Shown: piece after piece, positions 20,001 to 30,405 of the stretch | Layout of the letters: each line of letters starts with the position of its first letter | Numbering within the stretch: the first letter of the stretch is position 1 | Source of the DNA: an uncultured Acidimicrobiales bacterium | Lineage (GTDB): Bacteria > Actinomycetota > Acidimicrobiia > Acidimicrobiales > SZUA-35 | Length of the DNA: 64,000 bases | Reading direction: 5' to 3' | Assembly: GCA_937958015.1 (NCBI GenBank) | Contig: CALGOA010000021.1 | Location: 1,669 to 65,668, forward strand | The notes under the pieces: generated by a model | What the model saw: only the letters and a program-made list of their open reading frames with translations | Told to the model about the DNA's origin: nothing | Databases searched by the model: none | Program-made: the position numbers and the translations under genes

Positions 20001-21341
20001 ATTGTCCGGGGACTCGCCGCCGGCCTGAGCCTCCAACTCTGCAACCCGGGCTTCGAGCAGCGAAATCGCGTCCCGAAGGGCCGTGGTGGACTCGTTCGAG
20101 TGGACGACCAGCGGATGGATCTGCCAGTTGGTGGCTCGGCCGATCAGATTCTTGGTCTGGTTGATCCAGGGTCGAAGGCTGATCGGGTGGGGCATCGGGA
20201 GCACGTCGATGTCGGCGAGCCGGTCCTGAATCGGCGAGGGTTTCGCCTCGATGGGACGATCATCGGTTCGGGCCCGACGTCGTATCTCGGCCTGGATCGA
20301 ACGTTGATCGACCGAGCCGACGTCCCAGGTTGTTGCTGGTTCGATCGCATCGGTCATTCCCGCCGCAACCGCCATCGCATCGAAGAGTTGGGCGTCGTCG
20401 GCGACGAGGACGATGCCGTCACCCTGGTCGCCGAGTCCACCAACTGCGGCGGCGATGATTGGCGTATCGAAGAGCTTGGCCCGTTCGACCACTCCGCTGC
20501 TCCAGATCTCCCGGTAGGGCAACACGACCGTGTCGGCCGCCTGAAGCCACGTATCGAATTCTGCATCACCGACGAAACGACGATGCAAGTGCAACTTCGC
20601 AGAAAGGTCGGCCAGACCACGCAACGTTCGGGCGTGAGCCTCGAGGTCGGGATGGTAAACCCGGACGTCACCGACAACGTGGAGCGACGAATCCGGCGGG
20701 TCGAGACGGAGGAAGGCCTGCATGGCTCGATCGAATCCCTTGTGGGACTGCAGGAAGCCGATGCATAGAAACACGTGCTCGTCGTGGGGTAGGCCGAGCC
20801 GATCCCGAGCTTCCGACCGGCTCAGGGAAACGTGCGGCGTGAAGCTGCTCCCATGGTCGAGCAGGGTGACCCGTTCGGCGGCGAGACCGGACGCCTCGGC
20901 CAACTCGCTTCGCTCCTGCTCGGTGTGCACGGTGAGTTCAGCCGCCGCCTCGAAGACCCGACGGGCCGCGGTGCGTTCGCTCTGGTGATCACGCATCGGC
21001 TGGTACTGAACCTCGTGGATTCGGAGTTCGGTCGGGACCATCTGGACAGCGCCCAGTAGAGAGGTCCAGATAGCCAATCGTTCGGCCCCGGTGCGGGTCC
21101 GACCGAAGATCATCTCGGGGAAGAACTGGATAACGAGCCGGTCAAAGCGACGGGCGACGGCGGCAAGTTTGATCATTCCCGCCACTCCGCCCAGCTTGAG
21201 GTGGTGATGTGCGGCCGACGGGAATGGTGACAGAACCTCGATCTCCTCACCGTTGGCTCGGCGCCGCCGAACCTCCTGGACGGCGTACGCCGCAATCCCG
21301 TCCCGATAGGGGGCGTAGGGCGTGACCATCAGGGTGGTCAT
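19980..21341 (-). CDS. GT4 glycosyltransferase with C-terminal coiled-coil extension
   Basis: RDGIAAY, GFLQSHKGFD, VLPYREIWSSGV and a heptad-patterned tail. Confidence 0.85.
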   Translation of the reverse strand: MTTLMVTPYAPYRDGIAAYAVQEVRRRRANGEEIEVLSPFPSAAHHHLKLGGVAGMIKLAAVARRFDRLVIQFFPEMIFGRTRTGAERLAIWTSLLGAVQMVPTELRIHEVQYQPMRDHQSERTAARRVFEAAAELTVHTEQERSELAEASGLAAERVTLLDHGSSFTPHVSLSRSEARDRLGLPHDEHVFLCIGFLQSHKGFDRAMQAFLRLDPPDSSLHVVGDVRVYHPDLEAHARTLRGLADLSAKLHLHRRFVGDAEFDTWLQAADTVVLPYREIWSSGVVERAKLFDTPIIAAAVGGLGDQGDGIVLVADDAQLFDAMAVAAGMTDAIEPATTWDVGSVDQRSIQAEIRRRARTDDRPIEAKPSPIQDRLADIDVLPMPHPISLRPWINQTKNLIGRATNWQIHPLVVHSNESTTALRDAISLLEARVAELEAQAGGESPDNSVDELD

Positions 21342-22549
21342 GACGCAACCTCGGAAGCCTCATCGATCGGTAGGGTCCAGCGCAGCAGCGTCTCTTCCAT
21401 GATGTCGAGCACCCGTTCGGGGGCGTAATTGTCGAGGACGTACTGTCGTCCCGGCCCTGCGAGTTCCTTGGCGACAGCGGGCTGGGTTGCAACGAAACGA
21501 AGGCACTCGACCAGCTCGGTGGGCGTTCGGTAGGTGAGACCGGCATGGGATCGATCCACATGCCACGCCACGACGTCGCTGGCGCCGTTGGCGATGACCG
21601 GCGTCCCGGCCAGCCACGCCTCCATGACCGTCCGGGAAAAACTCTCCATCTCACTGGGCTGGATGTACACCGCGGCGGCCGCCATTGCGTCGTTTCGCTG
21701 TTCCTCGGAGATGAACCCGACGTCGATGATCGAGCCTGCAAGATGGGCCGGGATCGCAGGGTCCCCGACGCCAGCGGTCACGAGCTTCAGGTCGACGCCC
21801 TGCGACACGGCGAACGCAAAGGCGTTCATCAGTTCGGTCCAGCCTTTGCCCCACTCGCGGCGGCCGGCGAAGAAGGCGAACGGCCCATCGATCCCGAAGG
21901 TCTGGTTGAACCGTTCGGGCTGGTAGCTCTCCGGCGCCTCTACACCAGCACCGACCAATTCATTGTTCCTAGGTACGTGGAAGATTCGCTGGGCGAGGTC
22001 GCGTTCGGGCCCGGCGAGAAACCAGACCCCCGCGGCGCCGTTCACCAGGGGTTGAAAAAGGTCGAGGTAGGCCGTGGGTTCGTCGTGGAGGCACGGCATC
22101 ACGATCGTCTTCCCCGAATCGATCTGGCCACAACAGAAACTGGTCCAGAACATGTACGGGGCAACCACGATCGCCCGGTATCGGTGGGCGTTGTCGAGGA
22201 CGTAGTGCCACAGTTCGGGCACGCGCAGACCGTCGTTCATCCAGAGTTGCTGGTCCTGAATGGGCACGTCCTGCCCGGCGAGGATCATTCCGCCGATGCG
22301 GTCCCGGTCGCGGTGGGGATCGTTCACGACCGTTGGAAATCGGTGCACGACAACATGTCCGTCGACGGTTCGACCCGGGCTGTAGTCGTTTGCCCAGGTG
22401 TAGTGATCACTGGCACAGGTGGTGAGTACCTCGACCGACCAACCCCGCGCCGCCAGTCCATGGGCGGTCTCGGAAACCACCGCTTCGGCCCCGCCAACGA
22501 CGTCGGGACCGTACCGGGGCGGGATGAATGCAATGGTGCCCTGCTGCAT
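21338..22549 (-). CDS. GT4 glycosyltransferase
   Basis: VVGGAE, AGRREWGKG, PSEMESFSRTVMEAW; start trimmed to ATG 22549. Confidence 0.88.
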   Translation of the reverse strand: MQQGTIAFIPPRYGPDVVGGAEAVVSETAHGLAARGWSVEVLTTCASDHYTWANDYSPGRTVDGHVVVHRFPTVVNDPHRDRDRIGGMILAGQDVPIQDQQLWMNDGLRVPELWHYVLDNAHRYRAIVVAPYMFWTSFCCGQIDSGKTIVMPCLHDEPTAYLDLFQPLVNGAAGVWFLAGPERDLAQRIFHVPRNNELVGAGVEAPESYQPERFNQTFGIDGPFAFFAGRREWGKGWTELMNAFAFAVSQGVDLKLVTAGVGDPAIPAHLAGSIIDVGFISEEQRNDAMAAAAVYIQPSEMESFSRTVMEAWLAGTPVIANGASDVVAWHVDRSHAGLTYRTPTELVECLRFVATQPAVAKELAGPGRQYVLDNYAPERVLDIMEETLLRWTLPIDEASEVAS

Positions 22550-22605
22550 GGGCTTGAAGCTAGCCGAATGCTGAACCCTCGCTGGTGACGCCGTACTCTG
22601 ATCGC

Positions 22606-24762
22606 ATGGCTTCCGACTCCATGGGTTCAGAAACTTCCGACCGGGCTGCACGCGAGGTTTGGGAGACGGCTGCGACGAAGGAACTTCGGGGACGTGAACT
22701 GGGTGATCTGACGGTCAGCACGCCCGAGGGCATCGATATCGCACCCCTGTACACAGAGGCGGATCTGGATGGGGTCGATCACCTGGGTTCGTTCCCGGGG
22801 CAGGCGCCCTACGTTCGGGGCCCGCGGGCCACGATGTACACCAATCGGGCCTGGACCATTCGCCAGTACGCAGGATTCAGCACGGCCGAAGAGTCCAATG
22901 CCTTCTACCGGGCCAACCTGGCGGCGGGTCAGAAGGGGCTGAGCGTTGCATTCGACCTCGCTACCCATCGCGGCTACGACAGCGATCACCCCCGGGTGGA
23001 GGGTGACGTTGGCAAGGCCGGTGTTGCGATCGAGTCCGTCGAAGACATGAAGATCCTCTTCGACGGCATCCCGCTGGATCAGATGAGCGTCTCCATGACC
23101 ATGAACGGCGCGGTTCTTCCGATCCTGGCCTGTTTCATCGTGGCCGGGGAGGAGCAGGGGGTCTCGATCGACCAGCTGAGCGGCACGATCCAGAACGACA
23201 TCCTCAAGGAGTTCATGGTTCGGAACACCTATATCTATCCACCCGAGCCGAGCATGCGGGCGGTGGCGGACATCATCGAATACACCGCCCAGAACATGCC
23301 CCGGTACAACAGCATCAGCATCAGCGGGTACCACATTCAGGAGGCGGGTGCGACCGTCGATCTCGAGCTGGCCTACACCCTCGCCGACGGCGTCGAGTAC
23401 GTCCGGGCGGCATTGGCGAAGGGACTCGACGTCGACTCTTTCGCGGGCCGTCTCAGCTTCTTCTTCAACATCGGCATGGACTTCTTCATGGAGATCGCGA
23501 AGCTCCGAGCGGCCCGGCTCCTGTGGGCCGAGCTGATGGAGCAGTTCGAACCGTCGAATCCGCGCAGCAGCATGCTCCGCACCCACTGTCAGACCAGCGG
23601 CGTTTCGTTGACGGAGCAGGATCCGTACAACAACGTGATTCGCACCACGATCGAGGCGATGGCCGGCGTGCTGGGTGGCACCCAGAGCCTCCATACGAAC
23701 AGCTTCGATGAGGCGCTCGGCCTTCCCACCGAATTCAGCGCCCGGATCGCTCGCAATACCCAGTTGATCCTCGCCGAGGAAACCGGCATCACGCGAACGG
23801 TGGACCCCCTCGGTGGCAGCTACTACATCGAGAAACTCACGGCGGACCTCGCCGACCGAGCCCGTGCCCACATCGCCGAAATCGAGGAGTTGGGAGGCAT
23901 GACCAGCGCAATTGCGACCGGCATGCCGAAGCTGCGTATCGAGGAAGCGGCTGCAAATCGGCAGGCTCGTATCGATCGAAGCGACGACGTGGTCGTTGGC
24001 GTGAACAAGTACGTCGTGGACGATCCCGAACAGGTGGACGTCTTGATGATCGACAACACCGCGGTTCGCCTGTCCCAGATCGAACGACTCACCGAGACCA
24101 AAGCCGCCCGCAACAGCGAGGCGGTGACGGACGCACTGGCGGATCTCACGGCCGCGGCCGCATCCGATGGAAACCTGCTCGCCGCATGTGTCGCGGCAGC
24201 CCGACTGCGGGCCACGGTGGGCGAGATGAGCGACGCAATGGAGGAGGTGTTCGGGCGTCATGCGGCCGAAACCCGTACGATCTCAGGCGTGTACAGCGCC
24301 AACTACGACGGTGACGAGCACTTCGCTGAAGTGCTGAAACACGCAGATCGATTCGCCGCGGATGCTGGCCGTCGGCCTCGAATACTGGTAGCCAAGATGG
24401 GCCAGGATGGTCACGACCGGGGCGCAAAGGTGATCGCAACCGGCTTCGCCGATCTGGGATTCGATGTCGATGTTGGGCCCCTGTTCCAGACCCCGGCCGA
24501 GGTGGCCCGTTCAGCGGTGGACAACGACGTGCACGTGGTCGGAATCTCCAGCCAGGCGGCCGGACACACCACGCTGGTCCCCCAACTGATCGCTGAACTC
24601 CGCACCGCCGGGGCCGGCGACGTGAAGGTGGTGTGTGGCGGGGTCATCCCTCCCGACGACTACGGCACGCTCACCGAGGCTGGCGTCGATGCGATCTTCG
24701 GCCCCGGGTCCAACATCGTCGATGCCGCCGAGACCGTTCTGGGCCTACTCACAAGTTCGTGA
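22606..24762 (+). CDS. scpA: Methylmalonyl-CoA mutase, single chain with B12-binding domain
   Basis: [42 protein letters not shown] (DxHxxG); start trimmed to ATG 22606. Confidence 0.96.
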   Translation: MASDSMGSETSDRAAREVWETAATKELRGRELGDLTVSTPEGIDIAPLYTEADLDGVDHLGSFPGQAPYVRGPRATMYTNRAWTIRQYAGFSTAEESNAFYRANLAAGQKGLSVAFDLATHRGYDSDHPRVEGDVGKAGVAIESVEDMKILFDGIPLDQMSVSMTMNGAVLPILACFIVAGEEQGVSIDQLSGTIQNDILKEFMVRNTYIYPPEPSMRAVADIIEYTAQNMPRYNSISISGYHIQEAGATVDLELAYTLADGVEYVRAALAKGLDVDSFAGRLSFFFNIGMDFFMEIAKLRAARLLWAELMEQFEPSNPRSSMLRTHCQTSGVSLTEQDPYNNVIRTTIEAMAGVLGGTQSLHTNSFDEALGLPTEFSARIARNTQLILAEETGITRTVDPLGGSYYIEKLTADLADRARAHIAEIEELGGMTSAIATGMPKLRIEEAAANRQARIDRSDDVVVGVNKYVVDDPEQVDVLMIDNTAVRLSQIERLTETKAARNSEAVTDALADLTAAAASDGNLLAACVAAARLRATVGEMSDAMEEVFGRHAAETRTISGVYSANYDGDEHFAEVLKHADRFAADAGRRPRILVAKMGQDGHDRGAKVIATGFADLGFDVDVGPLFQTPAEVARSAVDNDVHVVGISSQAAGHTTLVPQLIAELRTAGAGDVKVVCGGVIPPDDYGTLTEAGVDAIFGPGSNIVDAAETVLGLLTSS

Positions 24763-25748
24763 CCGCACCGCTCTCCCGCACGGCGATCGCCGACCTGGCC
24801 CGGGGCGTGAGGGAGGGCGACCGGCGCTCGCTGGCGCGAGCGATCACGGTCGTTGAAAGCTCGAACGACCGGGACCTCCCGGTCAAGTCCGAACTGCTCG
24901 ACGAACTCCTCCACACTGGTCGCCCCACGATCCGGATCGGCATCTCCGGCACCCCCGGGGTCGGAAAATCGACACTGATCGAACGCCTGGGCATGGTGCT
25001 GATCGCCAACGGCAAACGCGTGGCCGTCCTTGCGGTCGATCCGACCAGTGCACGTACCGGCGGTTCGATCCTTGGCGACAAGACGAGGATGCCCCAACTT
25101 GCAGTACACCCCGATGCCTATGTCCGACCCTCTGCCGCAGGTTTTGGGTTGGGAGGCATCACGGCTGCCACGGCTTCTGCGGTCCAGGTGTGTGAGGCGG
25201 CGGGTTACGACATCGTGCTGGTCGAGACGGTAGGGGTCGGCCAGAGCGAAACAGCGGTATCCGAGGTAACCGATCTCTTCCTGTTGCTTCACTCGCCGGG
25301 TGGCGGAGACGAGCTGCAGGGCATCAAACGGGGAGTGATGGAACTGGCCGACCGGGTGTGTGTCACGAAGGCTGACGGCGACCTGCTACCAGCCGCAACG
25401 CTAGCCCAAGCGGAACTGCGGTCCGCGCTCCATCTCATGCGACCAAAACCCGGTCGGGAGATGACGCCGGTCGGCATGTGTTCCGCCGCAACGGGAGATG
25501 GGGTTGAAGAACTGATCGACGGCCTACTGGCTCAGCACCACACCCTCAGTGCTTCATCGGAGCTCGCGACGCTCCGCAGGTCCCAGAGTCAACTTCAATT
25601 TCGTCGGGCGTTGGATGCTGGCCTGCTGCGAAGGTCCGAGGGGCTCACTCGCGAGGCTACCGAGCGGGCACGAACCGAATTGGAGCACGGGCGGACCTCA
25701 CCCGTATCGGCAGCGTGGTCGGTCTTGAACTCGCTGCCGCAGGTTTGA
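24759..25748 (+). CDS. meaB: Methylmalonyl-CoA mutase-associated GTPase MeaB
   Basis: [42 protein letters not shown] overlap with scpA. Confidence 0.93.
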   Translation: MTAPLSRTAIADLARGVREGDRRSLARAITVVESSNDRDLPVKSELLDELLHTGRPTIRIGISGTPGVGKSTLIERLGMVLIANGKRVAVLAVDPTSARTGGSILGDKTRMPQLAVHPDAYVRPSAAGFGLGGITAATASAVQVCEAAGYDIVLVETVGVGQSETAVSEVTDLFLLLHSPGGGDELQGIKRGVMELADRVCVTKADGDLLPAATLAQAELRSALHLMRPKPGREMTPVGMCSAATGDGVEELIDGLLAQHHTLSASSELATLRRSQSQLQFRRALDAGLLRRSEGLTREATERARTELEHGRTSPVSAAWSVLNSLPQV

Positions 25749-25769
25749 GATGAGCAGCGAGACTGGCGG

Positions 25770-27398
25770 CTAGCCGCGGATGCCGGTGCGGTTCATGAAC
25801 TCCAGCGAGTCGCTGAACCCGATCAGCACGGTGCCCCTCGGTACACCGGCCTCCAGGAGCCCGACCCAGTAGTTCCGGCCGCCTTCGTCGGGCGTGCGTC
25901 CGAGGACGTTTCGGTAGACCAGCTCGATGAACCGATCGTGGGAGAGGCGCCCGTAACGGGCCCGAAATTCGGCACTGATCGTGAAGTAGGCCGCGATATC
26001 GATGAGGTGATACTCCGAGTCGACCCAGTAGGCGAGGCCGCCATCGTCGGGAGCCCGTTCAAAGGCTGCGATGTAGAGACGGACCATCGTGGCGGTTCGG
26101 CCCTGGGCTCCCATTAGGTCGCGCGGGATCGGGACCGTGAGCGGATCCGGCGACGAGGTGGTAGGAGCTGCCGTCGGCGCGGGGGCTGAGGTTGTCGTTG
26201 TGGTCTGCTGCGTGGTCGTCGGTTGGGTTGGCGCCGGCTGGGTTGTGACCGGGAGAGTGGTCGGTCGCGGGGTCGTTGTCGGACGGGTCGTTGTCGTGAC
26301 CGGGCGCGTGGTGGTCGGTGCCTCGGTTGTTGTTGTAGTCGGACGCGTCGTCGTGGTGGGCCGGGTCGTGGACGGGACGGTGGTGGTAGGTCGAGTTGTT
26401 GGAGGTGGTGGAGCGACGGTGGTCGGGATAGTGGTGGGCTGGGACGTGGTGGTCGGCTGGGTTGTCGTGGTGGGCTGGGTTGTGGTGGTGGTCGGGGTCG
26501 ATCCACCTCCCTTGGTAAGGGTCCTGGTATCTCGAACCACGCCGTTCACGTCGATGAACTCGGAGATGAAATGGGTGGGGCTGACCCTCAGGCGAACCGA
26601 TCCGTGAGCGCCGTTGAAGCGCACCTTGGATCCGGCGATCGCCGACCCGTAGCCGGAAATACTGGCGCCCCCGAGGCCACTGCAGATGTAGAGAACCCCG
26701 TCGCGTTCGACTCGTTCGTAGTGGTGCCAGTGGCCGGCGTAGCTGGCATCGATGCCCCAGTCCTTGAACGGCCATCGGATCCGGGCCGCTCCACCGCTGG
26801 GTGAGACGTAGGCCGGGTAGTGATGGGCCACGATCTTCCATGCGGCATCGCTTGCGTCAGCGGTTCGCTGCAGCCACTGAGCCTGGACACTGCCGATGAG
26901 GTTGCCGTCGGGTTCGCGGAAGTAGTCGTTCAACACGAACACGTGCAGATCGCCGATACGGACGTCGTAGTACCGGCCGTTGCCCGGGGGTCGAAAGATG
27001 TCGTGCCACGCACCGACGGTGCCGCCGTTCCCGTCACTCCAAAGGAGCGGCCGACCCGGATCGCCCCAGTCGTGATTGCCGAGACTCGGGTAGAAGATGC
27101 CGCGGTCGATGTAGGACCGGTAGAAGCGAGCCGCCTTGCGCTCGAGCACTTCGTACGGGTCCGCGTCGTCACCGCTGTAGACGTTGTCACCGAGAGTGAC
27201 GATCGCTGTCGGGTTCCATGAATCGACCAGACTGGCCACCGCCCGCTGACCGGAACTGTCGCTTCCGTAGTCGCCGAACAACGCAACTGAGACTTCGTTC
27301 CCCATCGCGCCTGATATTGACTGGCCTACGAGTGGTGTTGCGAGCGCAGCTGCGCTGACAACACCGACGCCGCCGATGAATTCTCGCCGTGTTCGCAC
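25770..27398 (-). CDS. Tat-exported purple-acid-phosphatase-type metallophosphoesterase with Pro/Thr linker and DUF4214
   Basis: TRREFI Tat motif; GDYG, GDNVY, GNHD, VAHH, GHWH; C-terminal RLYIAAFERAPDDGGLAYW..VYRNVLGRTPDEGGRNYW. Confidence 0.85.
   Translation of the reverse strand: MRTRREFIGGVGVVSAAALATPLVGQSISGAMGNEVSVALFGDYGSDSSGQRAVASLVDSWNPTAIVTLGDNVYSGDDADPYEVLERKAARFYRSYIDRGIFYPSLGNHDWGDPGRPLLWSDGNGGTVGAWHDIFRPPGNGRYYDVRIGDLHVFVLNDYFREPDGNLIGSVQAQWLQRTADASDAAWKIVAHHYPAYVSPSGGAARIRWPFKDWGIDASYAGHWHHYERVERDGVLYICSGLGGASISGYGSAIAGSKVRFNGAHGSVRLRVSPTHFISEFIDVNGVVRDTRTLTKGGGSTPTTTTTQPTTTTQPTTTSQPTTIPTTVAPPPPTTRPTTTVPSTTRPTTTTRPTTTTTEAPTTTRPVTTTTRPTTTPRPTTLPVTTQPAPTQPTTTQQTTTTTSAPAPTAAPTTSSPDPLTVPIPRDLMGAQGRTATMVRLYIAAFERAPDDGGLAYWVDSEYHLIDIAAYFTISAEFRARYGRLSHDRFIELVYRNVLGRTPDEGGRNYWVGLLEAGVPRGTVLIGFSDSLEFMNRTGIRG
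26150..26500 (-). repeat. Pro/Thr-rich low-complexity linker ([Q/R]PTTT units), approximate bounds
   Basis: STPTTTTTQPTTTTQPTTTSQPTT...TTRPTTTTRPTTTTT within the phosphatase. Confidence 0.85.
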
Positions 27399-27491
27399 GC
27401 CCCGAATCTAGGCACAACGGATTACGCATGTGCGGGCAAAACTACCCAAATTCCCACTTAGAGTGTTTGTGAGAGGGCGATACGCAGCGTC

Positions 27492-27638
27492 TCAGGAGTC
27501 GGCCTGGGGTTTGCTCCACGTCGATGCGCTGGGGTGGTCGGACCAGGCCTGAATCTGTTGTTCCAGGAATCGAATCGTCTGTTCGCGCTGGACGATCTGC
27601 CAATCGATCGCATTCAAGGAATCCTCAAACACCGACAT
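27492..27638 (-). CDS. Putative 48-aa small protein
   Basis: MSVFEDSLNAIDWQIVQREQTIRFLEQQIQAWSDHP...; purine-rich ggagggcagg upstream; lies in an otherwise empty 430-bp gap. Confidence 0.4.
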   Translation of the reverse strand: MSVFEDSLNAIDWQIVQREQTIRFLEQQIQAWSDHPSASTWSKPQADS

Positions 27639-27827
27639 GTCCTGCCCTCCGCGACCGGATATCCCGCAGCGGGTTTCGCGTGACGAGGAGCGCATCATCG
27701 ATGACGAAGGCGTGGCCACAGGTCGGAACATGCAAATGTTATCGGTGGCCCACAACCGATTCTCGATGGGCCGATCGGCGAGGGGTAACTGGGTGTACTA
27801 CCCAGTCCACTAGGCCGGGGTGCGCGG

Positions 27828-29171
27828 TTAGGAACGAATTCCGGTTCGGTTCCTGAACTCGACCGACTCGCTGAAGCCCAGCATCACGTCACTGCGGTCG
27901 ATGTTCTTGTCAAGCAATCCGCGCCAATAGGAGGCGCCGTCGGCGTCCGCTGTTCGACCCAGCACGTTGCGGTAGACCCGGTCAACAAACTGAGAGTTTG
28001 TGAGCGAGCCATACCGAAGCTGGAACTCTGGGCTCGCGATGAAGTAGGCGGCGATATCGGCGGTGGCTGCATCGAGGCCTACCCAATAGCTGTGGCCAGC
28101 ATCGTCGGGCACTCGCTCGAACGTGGCAAGGTACAGCCGAGCGATGACCGCAGCGCGGCCCGTAGCGTTTCGGTAACGAGCCGGAACAATCGGTAGGTTC
28201 GATTCCGCGGGAGGCCGGGGAGGTTCGGGCTCAGGGTCGGGATTGGGTATCTGGGGTTGGCCCAGATACTCAAGGACGGCTGCGTCGCGAATGACGCCGT
28301 CGATCGAGATGAACTCGACGTAGGCCCCGTTCGGAGCGACGGTCAGTCGGCTCGCACCGTTGCTGGCCGAGTACAACGCCGAAACCCCGTCAGCGATCTG
28401 GCCGCTATAACCAAACACTGCGCCGCCCAGTCCGTTGACGACATAGTGAACTCCGTCAAGGGCTCGGCGCTCGTAATGGTGCCAGTGACCGGAAAAACTT
28501 GCGTCGATCCCCCACTGTGCGAAGGGCCAACGAATGCTGGCCTTGCCCGGTCGGCCCAGCACATACGGGGCGAAGTGGTGCACCACGAACTTGAACGTTG
28601 CGTCCGAAGCCGAAGCCGTTTCTCTCAGCCACTGAGCCTGCCGGGAGTTCTCCCGGTGCCCGTCTGGCTCGAGGTAGTAGTCGTCGATAATGAACGCATG
28701 CATCGACCCGATCCGTACGTCGTAGTACCTTCCGTTGCCCGGCAGGGAGAAGACGTCGTGCCAGGCGCCTCGGGTTCCGCCTGCTGCGGTGACCTCGAGG
28801 AGAGGCGTTCCGGGATCTCCCCAATCGTGGTTGCCGAGCGACGGGTAGAAGGTGCCGCGCTCGATGAAGGGTCGATAATAATTGACGACCTTCCTTTCCA
28901 GCAGCTCGTACGGGTCCCGACCGTCGGCGCTGTACACGTTGTCACCCATAGTGAAGACGGCATCGGGGTTCCAACTTGCGACCATGTCGGCGACCCGACG
29001 TTGGCCGACGGTTTCAGCTCCGTAATCCCCGATGAGGGCAACGGTTCGGGCGTCGGGGTGGTTCCGAATCTGCTGGGCGTTAGCTCCCGCTGGCGCTGGC
29101 AAGAGGAAAGAACCCAAACCGGCCGCCCCGAGGGCAGCGGAGCCCTTTATGAAGCCTCTGCGCGTCGCCAC
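27828..29171 (-). CDS. Tat-exported purple-acid-phosphatase-type metallophosphoesterase with DUF4214 (paralogue)
   Basis: TRRGFIK Tat motif; GDYG, GDNVY, GNHD, VVHH, GHWH; C-terminal DUF4214 pair. Confidence 0.85.
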   Translation of the reverse strand: MATRRGFIKGSAALGAAGLGSFLLPAPAGANAQQIRNHPDARTVALIGDYGAETVGQRRVADMVASWNPDAVFTMGDNVYSADGRDPYELLERKVVNYYRPFIERGTFYPSLGNHDWGDPGTPLLEVTAAGGTRGAWHDVFSLPGNGRYYDVRIGSMHAFIIDDYYLEPDGHRENSRQAQWLRETASASDATFKFVVHHFAPYVLGRPGKASIRWPFAQWGIDASFSGHWHHYERRALDGVHYVVNGLGGAVFGYSGQIADGVSALYSASNGASRLTVAPNGAYVEFISIDGVIRDAAVLEYLGQPQIPNPDPEPEPPRPPAESNLPIVPARYRNATGRAAVIARLYLATFERVPDDAGHSYWVGLDAATADIAAYFIASPEFQLRYGSLTNSQFVDRVYRNVLGRTADADGASYWRGLLDKNIDRSDVMLGFSESVEFRNRTGIRS

Positions 29172-29180
29172 AACCCAATT

Positions 29181-30353
29181 CTAGGTCTCGTCGGCCGCAC
29201 TTTCGCGAGAGGAATCTGACCCGACGTGGTCTTCGAGTTCTGCCGTGATCCGGTCATCCAATTCGTCGACCCGCTGGAGCCCCGGCACGAACTCTCCCAA
29301 TGCGATCCGGATGGCCGCTGCGGCGGGGACCGAAAGTAGTGCGCCCCAGATTCCCGCCACGGTGGCGCCGACGGCCAGCGACAGCAGGATCGTGACCGGA
29401 TGTAGTTGCACAGCCCGGCCCAGTAGGAGCGGCGCCAAGAAGTTGCCCTCCAGCTGCTGAACGGCCAGCACGATTCCGACGACGATCAAGGCGGTGGTGG
29501 GCCCGTTCGTCGCCAACGCCACTGCGGCAGCAAGTACACCAGCCAGAGTTGCACCTACCACGGGGATGAACGCTCCAAGGAACGTCAGCAGTGCCAAAGG
29601 CACGTACAGCGGCACACCCAGGATGGCCAAAGCGATGCCGATAAGGATGCCATCCACGAGTCCGGTCAAACCGACACCCCGAAGGTAGCTGGCGGTTGTT
29701 CCCCAGATTTCGGCCCCGGCCCGGTTAATCCGCTCGCCGCGGGCGTCGCCGATCAGAGCCGAAACATAGGCCGGGAACCTGTCTCCGTCTTTGCAGATGA
29801 AGAACAACACGGTGAGGGCGATGAAGAGCCCGGAGAAGGCGTTCGTGGCAAACCCGCCGACCGATGCGGCGACGTCGGCGCTGAGCAGACCCGAGTTGCT
29901 CACCAGATCGTTGAACTCCTCACCGAGATTGTCCAACCGCTCGCTCTCGATGTTGAACGGCGCCTCAGTGAGTCGCTCGGAGAAATCATCAAGCGCCTCG
30001 GTCGCCCGGTCCGAGATCTCCGGCGCCTCGGCGACCACCTGTCCGACCACGAATGTTGCCGCCAGAAACAGCAAAAGAATCGACCCCACAAACACCAGCG
30101 CCGCGGCAAGCGTTCGGGGAACGCCCATAGCCCGCACGCGCACGGTGAGCGGCTGCAGCACGCTGCCGATCAGCAGCGCGGTGATAATCGCCAATGCGAC
30201 CGACCGAACCTGCACGAACCCGAGGTAGCCGATGTACGCCACTGCTGAGACCGCAAGAATACGAAGGCTCACAACACCGGCGGTCTCGAGGAACGGCGTG
30301 TCAGCCCCACCGGGGATCATTGGTGCAGCGCTTCGTCGATCCGGGTGTGCCAT
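29181..30353 (-). CDS. AI-2E (PerM/UPF0118) family transporter
   Basis: LFFICKDG, FIPVVGA, VQQLEGNFLAP and LHPV motifs. Confidence 0.88.
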   Translation of the reverse strand: MAHPDRRSAAPMIPGGADTPFLETAGVVSLRILAVSAVAYIGYLGFVQVRSVALAIITALLIGSVLQPLTVRVRAMGVPRTLAAALVFVGSILLLFLAATFVVGQVVAEAPEISDRATEALDDFSERLTEAPFNIESERLDNLGEEFNDLVSNSGLLSADVAASVGGFATNAFSGLFIALTVLFFICKDGDRFPAYVSALIGDARGERINRAGAEIWGTTASYLRGVGLTGLVDGILIGIALAILGVPLYVPLALLTFLGAFIPVVGATLAGVLAAAVALATNGPTTALIVVGIVLAVQQLEGNFLAPLLLGRAVQLHPVTILLSLAVGATVAGIWGALLSVPAAAAIRIALGEFVPGLQRVDELDDRITAELEDHVGSDSSRESAADET

Positions 30354-30405
30354 CCCACGACTATTGCAGGTCCGAACCCGTAACAGGTGACTGGCGAGTC
30401 CGGCT

